Origin: an uncultured Chloroflexia bacterium
GTDB lineage: Bacteria > Chloroflexota > Limnocylindria > Limnocylindrales > CSP1-4
NCBI GenBank assembly: GCA_963768035.1
Contig: CAVYGJ010000007.1
Location: 223,157-287,156 of the forward strand
Direction of reading: 5' to 3'
DNA length: 64,000 bases
Shown: positions 41,707 to 52,696 of the stretch, one piece after another
Numbering within the stretch: position 1 is the first letter of the stretch
How the letters are laid out: every line of letters starts with the position of its first letter
Position numbers and translations under genes: made by a program
The notes under the pieces: model-generated
Seen by the model: the letters and a program-made list of their open reading frames with translations, nothing else
Database searches by the model: none
What the model was told of the DNA's origin: nothing

Positions 41707-41908
41707 GGTTGTCCTCCGGAGGCGGCGGTCCGGGATGCCCGCGTGGGGCCCGGCGCACGGGTGCCGTCTCGTTCGGGCGCCGCCGGTTCGGAATCCGCCG
41801 TCCAGCGGGGCGCGCCGGGCGGAATCGTAGCGGGTTGCGGCCCGGTGGTCGAACGGTTGCGCCTCGCGCTCCCGCGTCAGCGACCGGCCGCGCCGCTCGC
41901 GCGTCAGC

Positions 41909-43111
41909 TCACTCGCCCTTGAACTCGCGCCACGCGCCCTCGACGAGCGACGGGTCGAGGAACAGGTCGAGCGCGGTCTGGGCGACGAGCGTGGCCGCCA
42001 TGAGGACCGTCTCGTCGGCGCGCGGGCGGGCCGCCGCGTCGCGGAACTCGATCGAGTGGCCGGGGGTCGCGACGTCCGTGATCGACAGGTCCGGGTGGAT
42101 GGCCGGCACCGCCCACGAGACGTTGGCCATGTCCGTCGAGCCCGAGGTGCCGTCGGGGCCCTGGTCCTCGATGCCGTATGCCGCGGCGTTCGCGACCCAG
42201 CGGTCCGCGATCGCGCGGTTCGTCTTCATCGTGCTCGCGAAGCCGGAGAACTCGACCTCGACCTCGACGTCCGCGGCGATCGCCGCGGCCTCGCACAGGC
42301 GGCGGAAGCGCTCCTTCATGACCTCGTAGTACGCCTGGTCTGCGCTCCGGACCATGAACCACGCCCGGGTGCGGTCCGGGATGATGTTCGCCGCCGTGCC
42401 GCCCTCCTGGATGATCCCGTGGACGCGGCAGTGGGGCGGCAGCTGCTGGCGCCAGAGGCCCACGCTCGAGAACAGCGCGATCATCGCGTCGAGCGCGTTG
42501 CGGCCCTCCCACGGCTCGCTCGCCGCGTGCGACTGCAGGCCCTTGAACACGACCGACACGTCCTCCGACGCGAGCGGCTGGCAGTCGACGTGGTTGCGGT
42601 CGCAGGGGTGGTACAGGAGCGCCGCGTCGAGGCCCTCGAACAGCCCGTCCTCGAGCATGAACTGCTTGCCGCTCCCCCGCTCCTCGGCGGGCGTCCCGAG
42701 GAACACGATCTCGCCCGCGAACGAGTCGCGGACCGCGGCCAGCGCGATCGCCGCCCCGACCCCGGACGCCGCCATCGTGTTGTGCCCGCAGCCGTGACCG
42801 AGGCCCGGCAGCGCGTCGTACTCGGCGAGGATCCCGATCCGCGGCCCGTCGGTCCCCTTCCCGCCCGCGAGCCGGCCGCGGACGGCCGTCGCGAGCCGCC
42901 CTGCCGGGTGCTCGACCTCGAAGCCGTGGGCGCGGATCGCGTCGGCCACCCAGCCGGCCGCCTGGACCTCCTCGAACGCGGGCTCGGGCGTCGCGTGGAT
43001 GCGGTGCGACAGGTCGAGGATCTCGTCCCGTGCCGCCTCGACCGCGGCGGCGGCGGCGGTCTTCTCGTCGGCGAACGGTGCGGCGGGCTGGTGGGTCGTC
43101 AGGCTGGACAT
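41909..43111 (-). CDS. M20D-family amidohydrolase (hippurate-hydrolase or aminoacylase-like).
   Basis: Motifs HGCGHN and GTPAEE plus a dimerisation domain. The start is taken at MSSLTTHQ (43111); the ORF extension to 43396 is low-complexity. Confidence 0.75.
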   Translation of the reverse strand: MSSLTTHQPAAPFADEKTAAAAAVEAARDEILDLSHRIHATPEPAFEEVQAAGWVADAIRAHGFEVEHPAGRLATAVRGRLAGGKGTDGPRIGILAEYDALPGLGHGCGHNTMAASGVGAAIALAAVRDSFAGEIVFLGTPAEERGSGKQFMLEDGLFEGLDAALLYHPCDRNHVDCQPLASEDVSVVFKGLQSHAASEPWEGRNALDAMIALFSSVGLWRQQLPPHCRVHGIIQEGGTAANIIPDRTRAWFMVRSADQAYYEVMKERFRRLCEAAAIAADVEVEVEFSGFASTMKTNRAIADRWVANAAAYGIEDQGPDGTSGSTDMANVSWAVPAIHPDLSITDVATPGHSIEFRDAAARPRADETVLMAATLVAQTALDLFLDPSLVEGAWREFKGE

Positions 43112-43118
43112 GGGGCTC

Positions 43119-43493
43119 CTAACGTTCGGCGGAGAGGGCGATCTCGGCCACGATGAAGATGGCGGCGAGGAACAGCAGGATCGGCAGCTGGAACGCGTCG
43201 ACGAGACGGAGGATGACGAGCACGGCGGTGAACAGGCCGATCCACGTGCCGCGGCGGGCGGCCCGGGCCCAGTCGCCCTGGTAGGCGATCCGGCGGTGGC
43301 GCGCGAACACGACGAGCCAGCACAGGGGCGTCGCGAGGAGGCCGATCGCCACGCCGATCGCCAGCGCGCCGACGTAGCCGGCCATCGGGTCGCCATACGG
43401 ATCGCGGGTCGTGAGGATGATCGCGACGACGATCCAGGCGATCCCCGACGCGGCGAGCAGCGCGAGGTTCGCGATCCGGTCCCGTGCCTCCAT
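43119..43493 (-). CDS. Small integral membrane protein, hypothetical.
   Basis: 124-aa ORF with three predicted TM helices and good codon bias. Confidence 0.4.
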   Translation of the reverse strand: MEARDRIANLALLAASGIAWIVVAIILTTRDPYGDPMAGYVGALAIGVAIGLLATPLCWLVVFARHRRIAYQGDWARAARRGTWIGLFTAVLVILRLVDAFQLPILLFLAAIFIVAEIALSAER

Positions 43494-43540
43494 CGCCCGC
43501 GAGTCTACCGACGGGCGACGGACCGGTGCCCGGCCGGTCG

Positions 43541-44329
43541 TCAGCCGAGGCTGCCGATCGCGTCCTCGAGGTCACCGAGCCGGTCGAGCTCCAGGTCGGC
43601 GACCACGCTGTCGTCGCGCTCGCTCCCGGGCAGCGGCGAGTCGTGCGGCCGGTCCCGGAGATACGCCGCTCGCCAGCCGGCCGCCTTCGCCCCGGCCACG
43701 TCCGCGGCCCAGTCGTCGCCCACGTGGAGGATCGCGTCCGGCGGCGGGTCGCCCAGCGCCGCCCGCGCGGCCGCGAAGATCGCCGGGTGCGGCTTGATCG
43801 TCCCGACCCGCTGCGACACGACCACCGCGCGCAGGTGGGGCGTCCAGCCGGCCGCCTCCACGTAGCGGTCGATGGTTGCCGCGAGCGGCCAGTTGGAGAG
43901 GATGGCGAGGTCGTACGTCGCGGCGAGGCGCGCGAGCAGCGCCCCCGCGACCGGCGCCGGCGGCAGGCGTTCGACGAACCCGCGCGAGTACACGTCGACG
44001 GCCCACGCCCGCTCCGCGTCGTCGCTGAGGAGCCCGACGGCCGCGTCGTCCCAGCGCACGTCCGGCGCCGGGACCGGCATCCCGCGGAGCCGGGCGAGGA
44101 TCCGGGCCAGCCGCTGGTCGAGATCCACCTCGCGGAACAGCGGGACCTCCTCGCGGAACTGCCGGGCGCGCTCCTCGGTCCAGGCGTCGTGGACCGTCGC
44201 GGGGTCGAACGGGCCGAGCGTCGCGATGGCCTCGGCGGTCGCCTCGACGACGGCCCGCAGCGCGCCGTCGGGCACCGGGACGAGCGTGTTGCCGAAGTCG
44301 AGGGTGATCGCGCGCAGCGTCGTCACGGC
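43541..44329 (-). CDS. HAD-superfamily hydrolase.
   Basis: Motif I (ITLDFGNTLV) directly after a GTG start, and motifs III/IV (KPHPAIF, HVGDDWAADVAGAKAAG). Confidence 0.6.
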   Translation of the reverse strand, partial: AVTTLRAITLDFGNTLVPVPDGALRAVVEATAEAIATLGPFDPATVHDAWTEERARQFREEVPLFREVDLDQRLARILARLRGMPVPAPDVRWDDAAVGLLSDDAERAWAVDVYSRGFVERLPPAPVAGALLARLAATYDLAILSNWPLAATIDRYVEAAGWTPHLRAVVVSQRVGTIKPHPAIFAAARAALGDPPPDAILHVGDDWAADVAGAKAAGWRAAYLRDRPHDSPLPGSERDDSVVADLELDRLGDLEDAIGSLG

Positions 44330-45206
44330 GCCGGGTCCGCCTCCGCGGCCAGGCGGCCACGCGCGATCTCGACGGCGACCGGGTTGCGGTCCACGAGCAG
44401 CCAGCGTCGCCCGAGGCGCGCCGCGGCGACGCCCGTCGTCCCGCTCCCGGCATAGGGATCGAGGACGAGCTCGCCCGGCCGGCTCGACGCCGCGACGATC
44501 CGCTCGAGCAGGCGGACGGGCTTCTGGGTCGGGTAGCCCGTGCGCTCCGCGGACCCGGGCGGCACGATCGTCATCCACCACACGTCGGTCGGCAGCTTGC
44601 CGCGGGCCGCCTTCTCGGGCCCGACGAGGCCCGGGCGCGAGGTACGGGATCCGGTCGATGGCCTCGCGCTCGAACCGCCACTCGTCGCCGTTCGCGTACC
44701 ACAGGATCGTGTCGTGCTTGCGCGGCCAGCGGTCGCGGGCGCGGCCCCCGTAGTCGTACGCCCAGACGAGCTCGTTGAGGAAGCGCTCCGCCCCGAACAC
44801 CTCGTCGAGCATGAGCCGGACGTGGTGGACCGTCCGCCAGTCGCAGTGGAGGTAGAGCGAGCCGTGGGGCGCGAGGACGCGCCGGATCTCGACGACGCGC
44901 TCGCGGAGCGCGGCGAGGTGGTCGGCGAGCGAGAGCCCGTCCGCGTAGGCCAGGTCCGAGACGACCTCGTAGCGGTACTCGCGGCCGCCGAACCCCTTGC
45001 GGGTCTGCTCCCCTGCCCCGGTCCGGATGGTGCTCAGCCGCCGGGTGCGGCCGGTCGCGAACGGCGGGTCGGCGTAGCAGAGGTCGACGGACCCATCCGG
45101 GATGGCGCGCAGGACCGCGAGGTTGTCGGCCTCGACGATCGCGCCCGCCGTCTCGCCGGCGAGCACCGCGCGCAGCGCCTCCGCGTCGGCCGGCGGCACG
45201 GCGTCC
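44323..45206 (-). CDS. Orphan N4/N6 DNA methyltransferase (Pfam N6_N4_Mtase type, DPPF motif); frameshift near 44590.
   Basis: Catalytic DPPF (LCYADPPFATG) in the N-terminal frame. The SAM-binding C-terminus (TGYPTQKPVRLLERIVAASSRPGELVLDPYAGSGTTGVAA) is in a second frame ending at 44323. Confidence 0.6.
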
Positions 45207-45210
45207 ATCG

Positions 45211-48200
45211 TCAGCGCGCGACGCTCGAGGGGCAGATCTCGCGGAACGCGCAGAAGCTGCACGAGAGGTAGTCGGGCTTGGGCTCGAAGTCGCGGGCGCG
45301 GATCCCGCGCGCCGCGGTCCGGATCGTCTCGCGCGCCTTCTCGACCCGCTTGCGGTCGACCGGCGCCGTCCCCACGAGGCCCGAGTCGAGGAAGTGGAGC
45401 GCGACGGCATCGGGAAGCCGCCCGGTCATCGCCTCGTAGCCCATCGCGTAGATCGTGAGCTGGAGCGAGTCCTTCGCCCGCTGGCGCGCCTTCGCCGGGT
45501 CCCGGACGTCGCTCGACTTGTAGTCCGTGATGACGACCTTCTCCGGGGACAGGTTGAGGGTCGGCTCCACGACGTCCGCGCCGCTCGCCGGATCCTCGTC
45601 GTCCGCCATGACCGGCACCGGCTCGTTCGGGTCGCGGGGCGTGATGTCCACCCGGTCGAACCGGCCGCGCACCTTGTCGCCGTCGAGGAAGAAGCTGAAC
45701 TCGCGCTCGACCCAGGCCGGGATCACGGCGCCGGGCCGGAGCTGCTCGTCGCGGAACCGCCGGAGCGCGGCGCGGCCGGCCTCGAGGCGCGCCTCCTCGT
45801 GCTCGCGGGACAGGAACCCGTCGTTCTTCCAGGCGGCCTCGAAGCTCGCGTACAGCTGCTCCTCGGTCATGACCTCGCCGCGGGCGTGGCGCTTGTGGAA
45901 CTCGGCCACGGCGGCGTGGAGGGCGGACCCGTAGATCATCGAGTGGTGCGGCGAGATGGGCACCCGCAGGACGTGGCCGTAGCGGTACTTGCGCGGGCAG
46001 GTCAGGTAGTCGTCGATGGCGTAGAACGAGAGCCACAGCGGCTCGTCGTCGCGACCCCGCCGGCTCACGGGCGCGGGCTCGGTCCGCTCGTTGGCCGCCA
46101 GCTTCTCGAGCGGCGACGCCGGCTTCGCGCCGGCCCCGGCCGTCCCGGACGCCACGGGCAGGTCCAGCGCCTCGAGCACGAACGGCGACACGCGTCGCGC
46201 CCGCTGGCCGCCGTAGTCCGCCGCATGCGAGAGCACGAGCTCGTCGCGGGCGCGGGTCATCCCGACGTAGAACAGGCGCCGCTCCTCCTGGAGCTGGTAG
46301 TCGCCCTCGGGGAGGGTCTCGTTGACCAGCTCGAGCGGCAGCGCGAGCGGCTCGCGCCGCCCGATGGCCGGGAAGCGGCCGGTGATCAGGCCCGGCAGGT
46401 AGACGACCGGGAACTCGAGGCCCTTCGCCTTGTGGACGGTCATCACCGCGACCGCGTTCGCCTCGGGGTCGATGTCCGCCGTCGGCGGGTCGTCGCCGGC
46501 CTGGATCAGCGTCTGGAGGTGCGTCGCCACGAACACCGCGCGGTCGTCGGCGAGCAGCGCGGACTGGGCGCGGACGATGTCGAAGAAGCGCGCGATGTTC
46601 GAGAGCGCCTCCTCGTTCGCGACGGAGTCCGTCTCCGCGAGCCGCTTGAGCCAGCCCGAGTTGCGCAGGAACGCGTACAGGACCTCGCCCGCGGGCCGCT
46701 CGTGGGCCAGCGTCACGTACGCCTTGAGGTCCTCGACGAGCTTCGCGGCCGCCGCGCGCGTCTCGGGCCGGAGCCGGAGGATCCCGGGCTGGCGCTGGAG
46801 CTCGTCGAGCACCTCGAACACGCTCCGGTTGCGGCGCCGCGCCGACGTCACGATGCTCACGAGGTCCTCGCCGCCGAGGCCGTACAGCTCGGACGCGGCG
46901 AGCGCGTACACGTCCACCGACGACCCGGTGTCGGCGACCGCGCGGAGGAACGAGAGCAGGAGCCGCACCTCCGGTCGCGTGTACAGCCCGGACGTCCCCG
47001 AGAACCGCCACGGGATGCCCTCGAGGTTGAGCGAGCGCAGGATCGGGTCCGCGGCCGCGTTCGCCCGGACGAGGACGGCGACGTCGCGGTACGAGGCGCC
47101 GTCGCGCACCCGGCGGGCGACGTCCGCGGCGATCCAGTCGGCCTCCTCCGCCCCGGACGCGAACGCCTCGTGGCGGACGGCGGGCGCGGCGTCGCTCCCG
47201 CGCTCCGGGATCAGCTGCTTGTTGATCCCCGCCCGGACCTCGAGCCGGTCCGGGTCGTTGTGGCGGACCAGCCGGTACGAGGCGTCGAGGATCGGCCCGC
47301 GCGAGCGGTAGTTCCGGCGCAGCACGACGACCCGGGCCGCCTTGTAGCGCTCGCGGAACTCGAGGATGTTGCTGATCGCCGCGCCCCGGAACTTGTAGAT
47401 CGACTGGTCGTCGTCGCCGACGACCGTGACGTTGCGGTGCGGCGCGCTGAGCAGCGCGACGAGCTCGGACTGGGCGCGGTTCGTGTCCTGGAACTCGTCC
47501 ACGAGGACGTACCGGAAGCGGCCCTGGACTCGCTCGCGGGCGGCCGGCGACTCGCGGAGCAGCCGCAGCGCCAGCGACACCTGGTCGCCGAAGTCGATCG
47601 CGCCGTTCGCCGCGAGCAGCCGCTGATAGGTCGCGTACGCCCGCGCGAGCTCGCGCCTGGCGGCGCGCCTCCTCCTCGAGCGACGCGGCCGCGTCGCGGT
47701 CCTGCTCCGTCGCCGCCTCGCCGGCGGCATCGACGGACGCGCGGGCCTCGGCCGCCGTCGCGGCCAGCCGCTCGGCGTACGCCCGGTAGGCGTCGGGCGA
47801 CACGTCCTCGTCCTTCGCCCGCGAGAACAGCGTCGCGAGCGCGTCGAGGAACTTCGTCGGGTCGCCCAGCGGGCGGTACTCGTCCAGCTCCAGCTCGAAC
47901 ACGTGCTCCCGGAGGAACACGACGGTCTCGGGACGGGACAGCACGCGCACGTCGCCGGGCAGGCCCAGCTCGAGCGCGAACTCCCTGACGAGCCGGTCCC
48001 CGAACGCGTGGAAGGTCGAGATCGCCGTGTCCGTGTAGCCGTACGGCACGAGCTGGTCCACGCGCGTCTGCATCTCGTCCGCGGCCTGGTCCGTGAACGT
48101 GAGCGCGAGGATCTCCGCGGGCCGCGCGCGACGGGTGGCGATGAGCCACGCGATCCGGCGGGTGATGACCTGCGTCTTGCCCGTTCCGGCGCCCGCGACC

Positions 48201-48430
48201 ACGAGCAGCGGTCCGTCGCCGTGGGTCACGGCCTTCCGCTGCTCGGCGTTGAGGCCCGAGAGGAGCGCCTCGAGCCCCGACTCGTCCGGGCCGGCCTCGG
48301 GCGCGACGGGCTCGATGGCGCCCCAGACCGGGATCTGGACGAGCGCGGCCGGCTCGCGGACGATGCGCCGCCTCACGCGACGGGGTCTCGGCGGAACGGC
48401 AGGGTCGATGGGGCGACGGGGTCGGGGCAC
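45211..48430 (-). CDS. UvrD/PcrA-type superfamily-1 helicase fused to a C-terminal RecB/Cas4-like PD-(D/E)xK nuclease with a Cys cluster; frameshift near 47650.
   Basis: Helicase motifs (VVAGAGTGKTQV, VLVDEFQDTN, VVGDDDQSIYKFRGA, TVHKAKGLEFP, VGMTRAR). The nuclease region has a Cys near the start (YLTCPRKYRY), acidic/K motifs (ITDYKSS), and C-terminal CSFCAFREIC. The N-terminal 250 aa are in a different frame. Confidence 0.75.
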
Positions 48431-48496
48431 GACCCGACGATGGCGTGCGACCGTGCCAGCTCGGGTGTCACGCCGCGCGTCACGACCCGCGCCACG

Positions 48497-49018
48497 TCAG
48501 CGGTCCGCGCCCGACGTGGCTCCCATGGCCAGCGCAAGCCGCAGCGCCTCGCTCTCCTCGTCGGAGAGCGTGGTCTCGGACGTGCCCCGGGCGACCGCCT
48601 TCCCGTAGACGCGGGTCCCCGCCCGCGCGTGGAGGCTGCTGATGACGAACCCGTCGCCCTGGTGGTCGAGCAGCGCGAGCGCGAAGCTCTGGTTGCCGCC
48701 CGTGTCCTCGAACGGGTTGAAGCGCACGAGCCCGATCCGCTGGAACGCGCGCCGCTGCGTCTGCTCCAGCACGGCGGAGCGGGCCGCGAGGTCGTCCACC
48801 TCGCGGGCGACGGCGTACACCTTGTCGAGGTGGGCCTCGAGCATCGCCTCGAGGCTCTTGCCGTCACCGTCCCGCGTCAGGCCGGCGAACCGGCGCTCGA
48901 ATGCGGAGGTCCGCCGGAGCAGCGTCGTCACGAGCGCGAGCAGCGCGACAACTGCGACCGTGAGCGCGATGACGACGATGCCGATGATCGGGGTGACGAG
49001 CGCGTTGAGGTCGTCCAA
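48497..49018 (-). CDS. DUF4446-like small membrane protein.
   Basis: One TM helix, then a conserved-looking soluble domain. A TTG start at 49018 is preceded by GGAGGA. Confidence 0.5.
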   Translation of the reverse strand: MDDLNALVTPIIGIVVIALTVAVVALLALVTTLLRRTSAFERRFAGLTRDGDGKSLEAMLEAHLDKVYAVAREVDDLAARSAVLEQTQRRAFQRIGLVRFNPFEDTGGNQSFALALLDHQGDGFVISSLHARAGTRVYGKAVARGTSETTLSDEESEALRLALAMGATSGADR

Positions 49019-49554
49019 TGAGTCCTCCGGGAGACCGCCCGAGTCTAGCAGTCGGCCCTTACCGCTCACGTACTCGCGACGCGGTGTATCCTCTCCCGCC
49101 GACGGCGCCGCGCCCGCGGCCCGCCCCGTCTGTTGAGGTCCACGCCCGCATGGTGAAGCGCGCTCGCGGCAGTGTCCGGCCCGGCCAGCGCCGGCCGATC
49201 GACCGCCGCCCGGCGACGCCCGCAGCCGCATCCGCTGCGTCCGTCACGCCCAAGTCGAGCGGCCTGAGCGACGCCGAGCTTGCCCGCGCCGCCGAGCTCG
49301 AGGCCCAGCTCCTCGCCGAGGAGCGCGCGGCCGAGACCGCCCGCAAGCGGACCGCCGAGCGTGCCCCGACCCGCGAGATGGCCCCCGGTCGCGCGATGGC
49401 CATGGAGGACGAGTACGCGTACGTCGCCCGCGACGTGAAGGACATCATCCGGATCGCGGTCATCCTCCTCGCGATCCTGTTCGCGCTGTATCTCATCATC
49501 GACGTCTTCGACGTGGTGAAGATCGGGTAGACCGGGCCGGGCTACCATCGCCCC

Positions 49555-51056
49555 ATGCCCACCCGGCGCGCCGTCCCCGGCGCCCGCCCCGAAGCGCTGT
49601 TCCAGCCACCGCCCGAGCGCCAGCCGCTCGCCGCGCGCATGCGCCCCCGCACGCTCGAGGAGTTCACGGGCCAGGCGCACCTCGTCGGGGAGCGCGGACC
49701 CCTCCGCCGCGCCGCCTCGCGCGGCCACCTCGCGTCGCTCCTCCTGTGGGGCCCGCCCGGGACCGGCAAGACGTCGCTCGCCCGCCTCCTCGCCGAGGCC
49801 GTCGGGGCGGAGTTCCGCACGGTGAGCGCGGTGATGTCCGGCGTCGCCGACGTCCGGGCGATGATCGCCGAGGCCCAGGACCGGCTCGCGCTCGAGCAGC
49901 GGCGATCCGTCCTGTTCATCGACGAGATCCACCGCTTCAACAAGGCGCAGCAGGACGCGCTGCTGCCCGCACGTCGAGGACGGCACGGTCACGCTCATCG
50001 GGGCGACGACCGAGAACCCCTACTTCGAGGTCAACTCGGCGCTCCTGTCGCGGATGCGCGTCTGGCGGCTCGAGCCGCTTGCGGACGAGGACGTCGCGCT
50101 CATCGTCCGGCGGGCACTCGAGGACGAGGACCGCGGTCTCGCAGGGATGTTCGGTCCCAAGGGCGGCGTCGCGCTCGCGGACGAGCCGTTCGAGCACCTG
50201 GTGGACCTCGCGGGCGGCGACGCGCGCCAGGCGCTCAACGTGCTCGAGGGCGCGGTCGCGCTCGCGGAGGACGAGGACCACCGCGACGAGGGCCGCGTCT
50301 CCCCCACCCTCGCCGACGTCGAGGCCGCCGCGCAGCAGCGGGTCCTCGCGTACGACCGCGCGGGCGACGGCCACTACGACACGGTGAGCGCGTTCATCAA
50401 GAGCCTGCGGGGCAACGACCCCGACGCCGCCCTGTACTGGCTGGCGGCGATGATCACGGCCGGCGAGGACCCCAAGTTCATCGTCCGGCGGCTGATCATC
50501 AGCGCGTCCGAGGACATCGGCAACGCGGACCCGCGCGCACTCCAGGTCGCGGTCGCGGCGGCCCAGGCGCTCGACTACGTCGGGCTCCCGGAGGCGCAGT
50601 ACGCGCTCGCCCAGGCGACGATCTACCTCGCCGTCGCTCCCAAGTCGAACCGCAGCGGGACCGCCTACGGCGCCGCGATGGCGGACGTCACGGGGCGGGG
50701 CTCACTGCCCGTGCCCAACCACCTGCGCAACGCCGGCGACCGGCGGATGAAGCACCACGGCATCGGCGTGGGCTACCTCTACCCCCACGAGTACGAGGGC
50801 TCGGACGTCAAGCAGCAGTACCTCCCGGACGAGCTGGCGGAGCGGCGCTACTTCCACCCCTCGGCCGAGGGCAGCGAGCGTCGGATCGGCGAGCTGATGG
50901 ACGAGCGCCAGGCGCGCCGCGAGGCCGGCAAGCCGAGGCGCCTTCCCGCAGCCGCCGGGCAGCGGCATGAGCGGCATCGGCGACGGGATGAAGGCGAACA
51001 TGGAGGCGCGCAAGAAGCTCGCGAAGACCCAGAAGCAGGACGCGGACGGCGCCTAG
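49555..51056 (+). CDS. rarA: Replication-associated recombination protein A (RarA/MgsA AAA+ ATPase); frameshifts near 49966 and 50935.
   Basis: Walker A ([17 protein letters not shown]), Walker B (VLFIDEIHRFNKAQQDALLP), sensor (TLIGATTENP) and the RarA C-terminal MgsA domain are present. The last 40 aa (…GSGMSGIGDGMKANMEARKKLAKTQKQDADGA*) are in a third frame. Confidence 0.8.
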
Positions 51057-51058
51057 CC

Positions 51059-51925
51059 TCAGTCGGAGAGCACGGGCTCGGGCGTCGGATCCGTGCGGGC
51101 GGCACCCACGCTGGCAATGGTCACGCACGCCATCGCGATCAGCTGCAGGGGCGTGAGGAACTCGCTGAGCAGGACCGCGGCGACGAGGGCGGCGACGGCG
51201 GGCTCCAGGCTCATGAGGATCCCGAACACCCGGGGCGGCAGGGTACGCAGCGCGACCATCTCGAGGCTGTACGGGATGACCGAGCTCAGCAGGCCGACGA
51301 GCGCCCCCAGCGCGAGCAGCCGCGGATCGAGCAGCAGCGACCCGGCCTCGACGACCGCGAACGGGGCGATGCCCAGCGCGGCGATCGTGCTTGCCACGGC
51401 CAGCCCCTCGACACCGGCCCAGCGTCGCCCCGTTGCCGCCGTGGACAGGATGTACACCGCCCAGCAGCCGCCCGCGACGAGGGCCAGGGCGAACCCGACG
51501 GGGTCGACCGTGGTCGGGCCGGTGCCGAACAGCGCGATGCCGATGGCGGCCAGGCCGACCCACACGAGGTCGCGCGGCCGCCGGCTCCCGACCGCGGCCA
51601 CGAGCAGCGGCCCCGCGAACTCGATCGTGACCGCGACGCCGAGCGGGATCCGGGCGATCGACTCGTAGAACGCCCAGTTCATCGCGCCGAGCGCGAACCC
51701 GAGGGCAAGCACCGGACGCCAGTCGATGGCCGACCGCCCGCGCACCCGCGGCCGCGCGACGGCGAGCAGGATCAGCGAGCTCGTGGCCAGCCGGAGGAAC
51801 ACCATCCCCACCGGCGGGATCTCGCCGAACAGGCCCTTGGAGATCACCGCGCCGAACTGGACCGAGAGCATCCCGCCGAGCACGAGCCAGGCGGGACCGA
51901 GGCGCGGCGTGGGCTCGCGGCTCAT
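51059..51925 (-). CDS. EamA/DMT-family transporter.
   Basis: Ten predicted TM helices with duplicated EamA halves. The start is taken at MSREPTPRLGPAWL. Confidence 0.7.
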   Translation of the reverse strand: MSREPTPRLGPAWLVLGGMLSVQFGAVISKGLFGEIPPVGMVFLRLATSSLILLAVARPRVRGRSAIDWRPVLALGFALGAMNWAFYESIARIPLGVAVTIEFAGPLLVAAVGSRRPRDLVWVGLAAIGIALFGTGPTTVDPVGFALALVAGGCWAVYILSTAATGRRWAGVEGLAVASTIAALGIAPFAVVEAGSLLLDPRLLALGALVGLLSSVIPYSLEMVALRTLPPRVFGILMSLEPAVAALVAAVLLSEFLTPLQLIAMACVTIASVGAARTDPTPEPVLSD

Positions 51926-52117
51926 GCCGGTGTGCACGGCGATGGCGAGGCTGGCGGCGGCGATGCTGGACACGGGCGCGATCGGCTCCACTCGGGCGGG
52001 GACATCATCCTCGCCCCTGAAGGTGCCAGGCACCGTCATGAACGCGCGACTGGCGCACGCCGCCGGGCAAACGAAAACCCGGCCGACGTGACGCCGGCCG
52101 GGTTCGTGATCCGTCTG

Positions 52118-52520
52118 TCAGCCCGCTGGGGCTTCGAGCCCGAACGCCTGCTTGACCTGGCTCGTGTGCAGGTACGCGAGGATGATGATCGGCATGATCA
52201 CGGCGCTTAGGCCGACGCCCGTGCAGGGGATACTCGATGAACCACAGGAAGGCCTCGAAGATCCCGAGTCCCGCCATGATGTTGGCGAAGGTCCAGCCCC
52301 AGGGCTGAAGCGCCCAGAGGGCCAGGGCGGCGGCGATCCAGCCGACGCCGGCGAGGAGCGCGAGCCAGCCCCACAGGCCCGCCGCCTCGAACGGCTGGAG
52401 ATCGCCGAGGAGCCCGAACCAGTCGAACCCGAGCAGGCGCAGGCCGAGATACAGCCAGTAGAAGCCTGCCAGGGCGCCGAAGAAGCCGAGGACGGCAATC
52501 AGGATGGGCGGGTTCTTCAC
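52118..52520 (-). CDS. Small Trp-rich integral membrane protein; frameshift near 52220.
   Basis: GTG start with a GGAGG motif 6 nt upstream; TM helices (ILIAVLGFFGALAGFYWLYLGL, WGWLALLAGVGWIAAALALWAL). The C-terminus (…SAVIMPIIILAYLHTSQVKQAFGLEA) is in a second frame. Confidence 0.4.
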
Positions 52521-52696
52521 GTACAGCCTCCTTGTTCGGGCCCACCCGACGATGGGCCTCTCCCTCCGACCGCGAGCCGACGACGGCCGACATGGACCGC
52601 CACGACCCCGTGCAGGCACACTACCATGGCGCCCGATCGGCCCAGCACCTCGCGACCGTCACGGCGCAGGGCGGTCAGCGTGAGGAGTGAGAGCCG

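Noticed and set aside
41707-41908. 200-bp spacer between the ureohydrolase start and the amidohydrolase stop, with loosely repeated CGGAATC-containing segments.
   Set aside because: The repeats are short and imperfect (GGAATCCGCC versus GGCGGAATCG, not true inverted repeats). This is most simply a promoter-bearing spacer, and there is insufficient evidence for a regulatory element.
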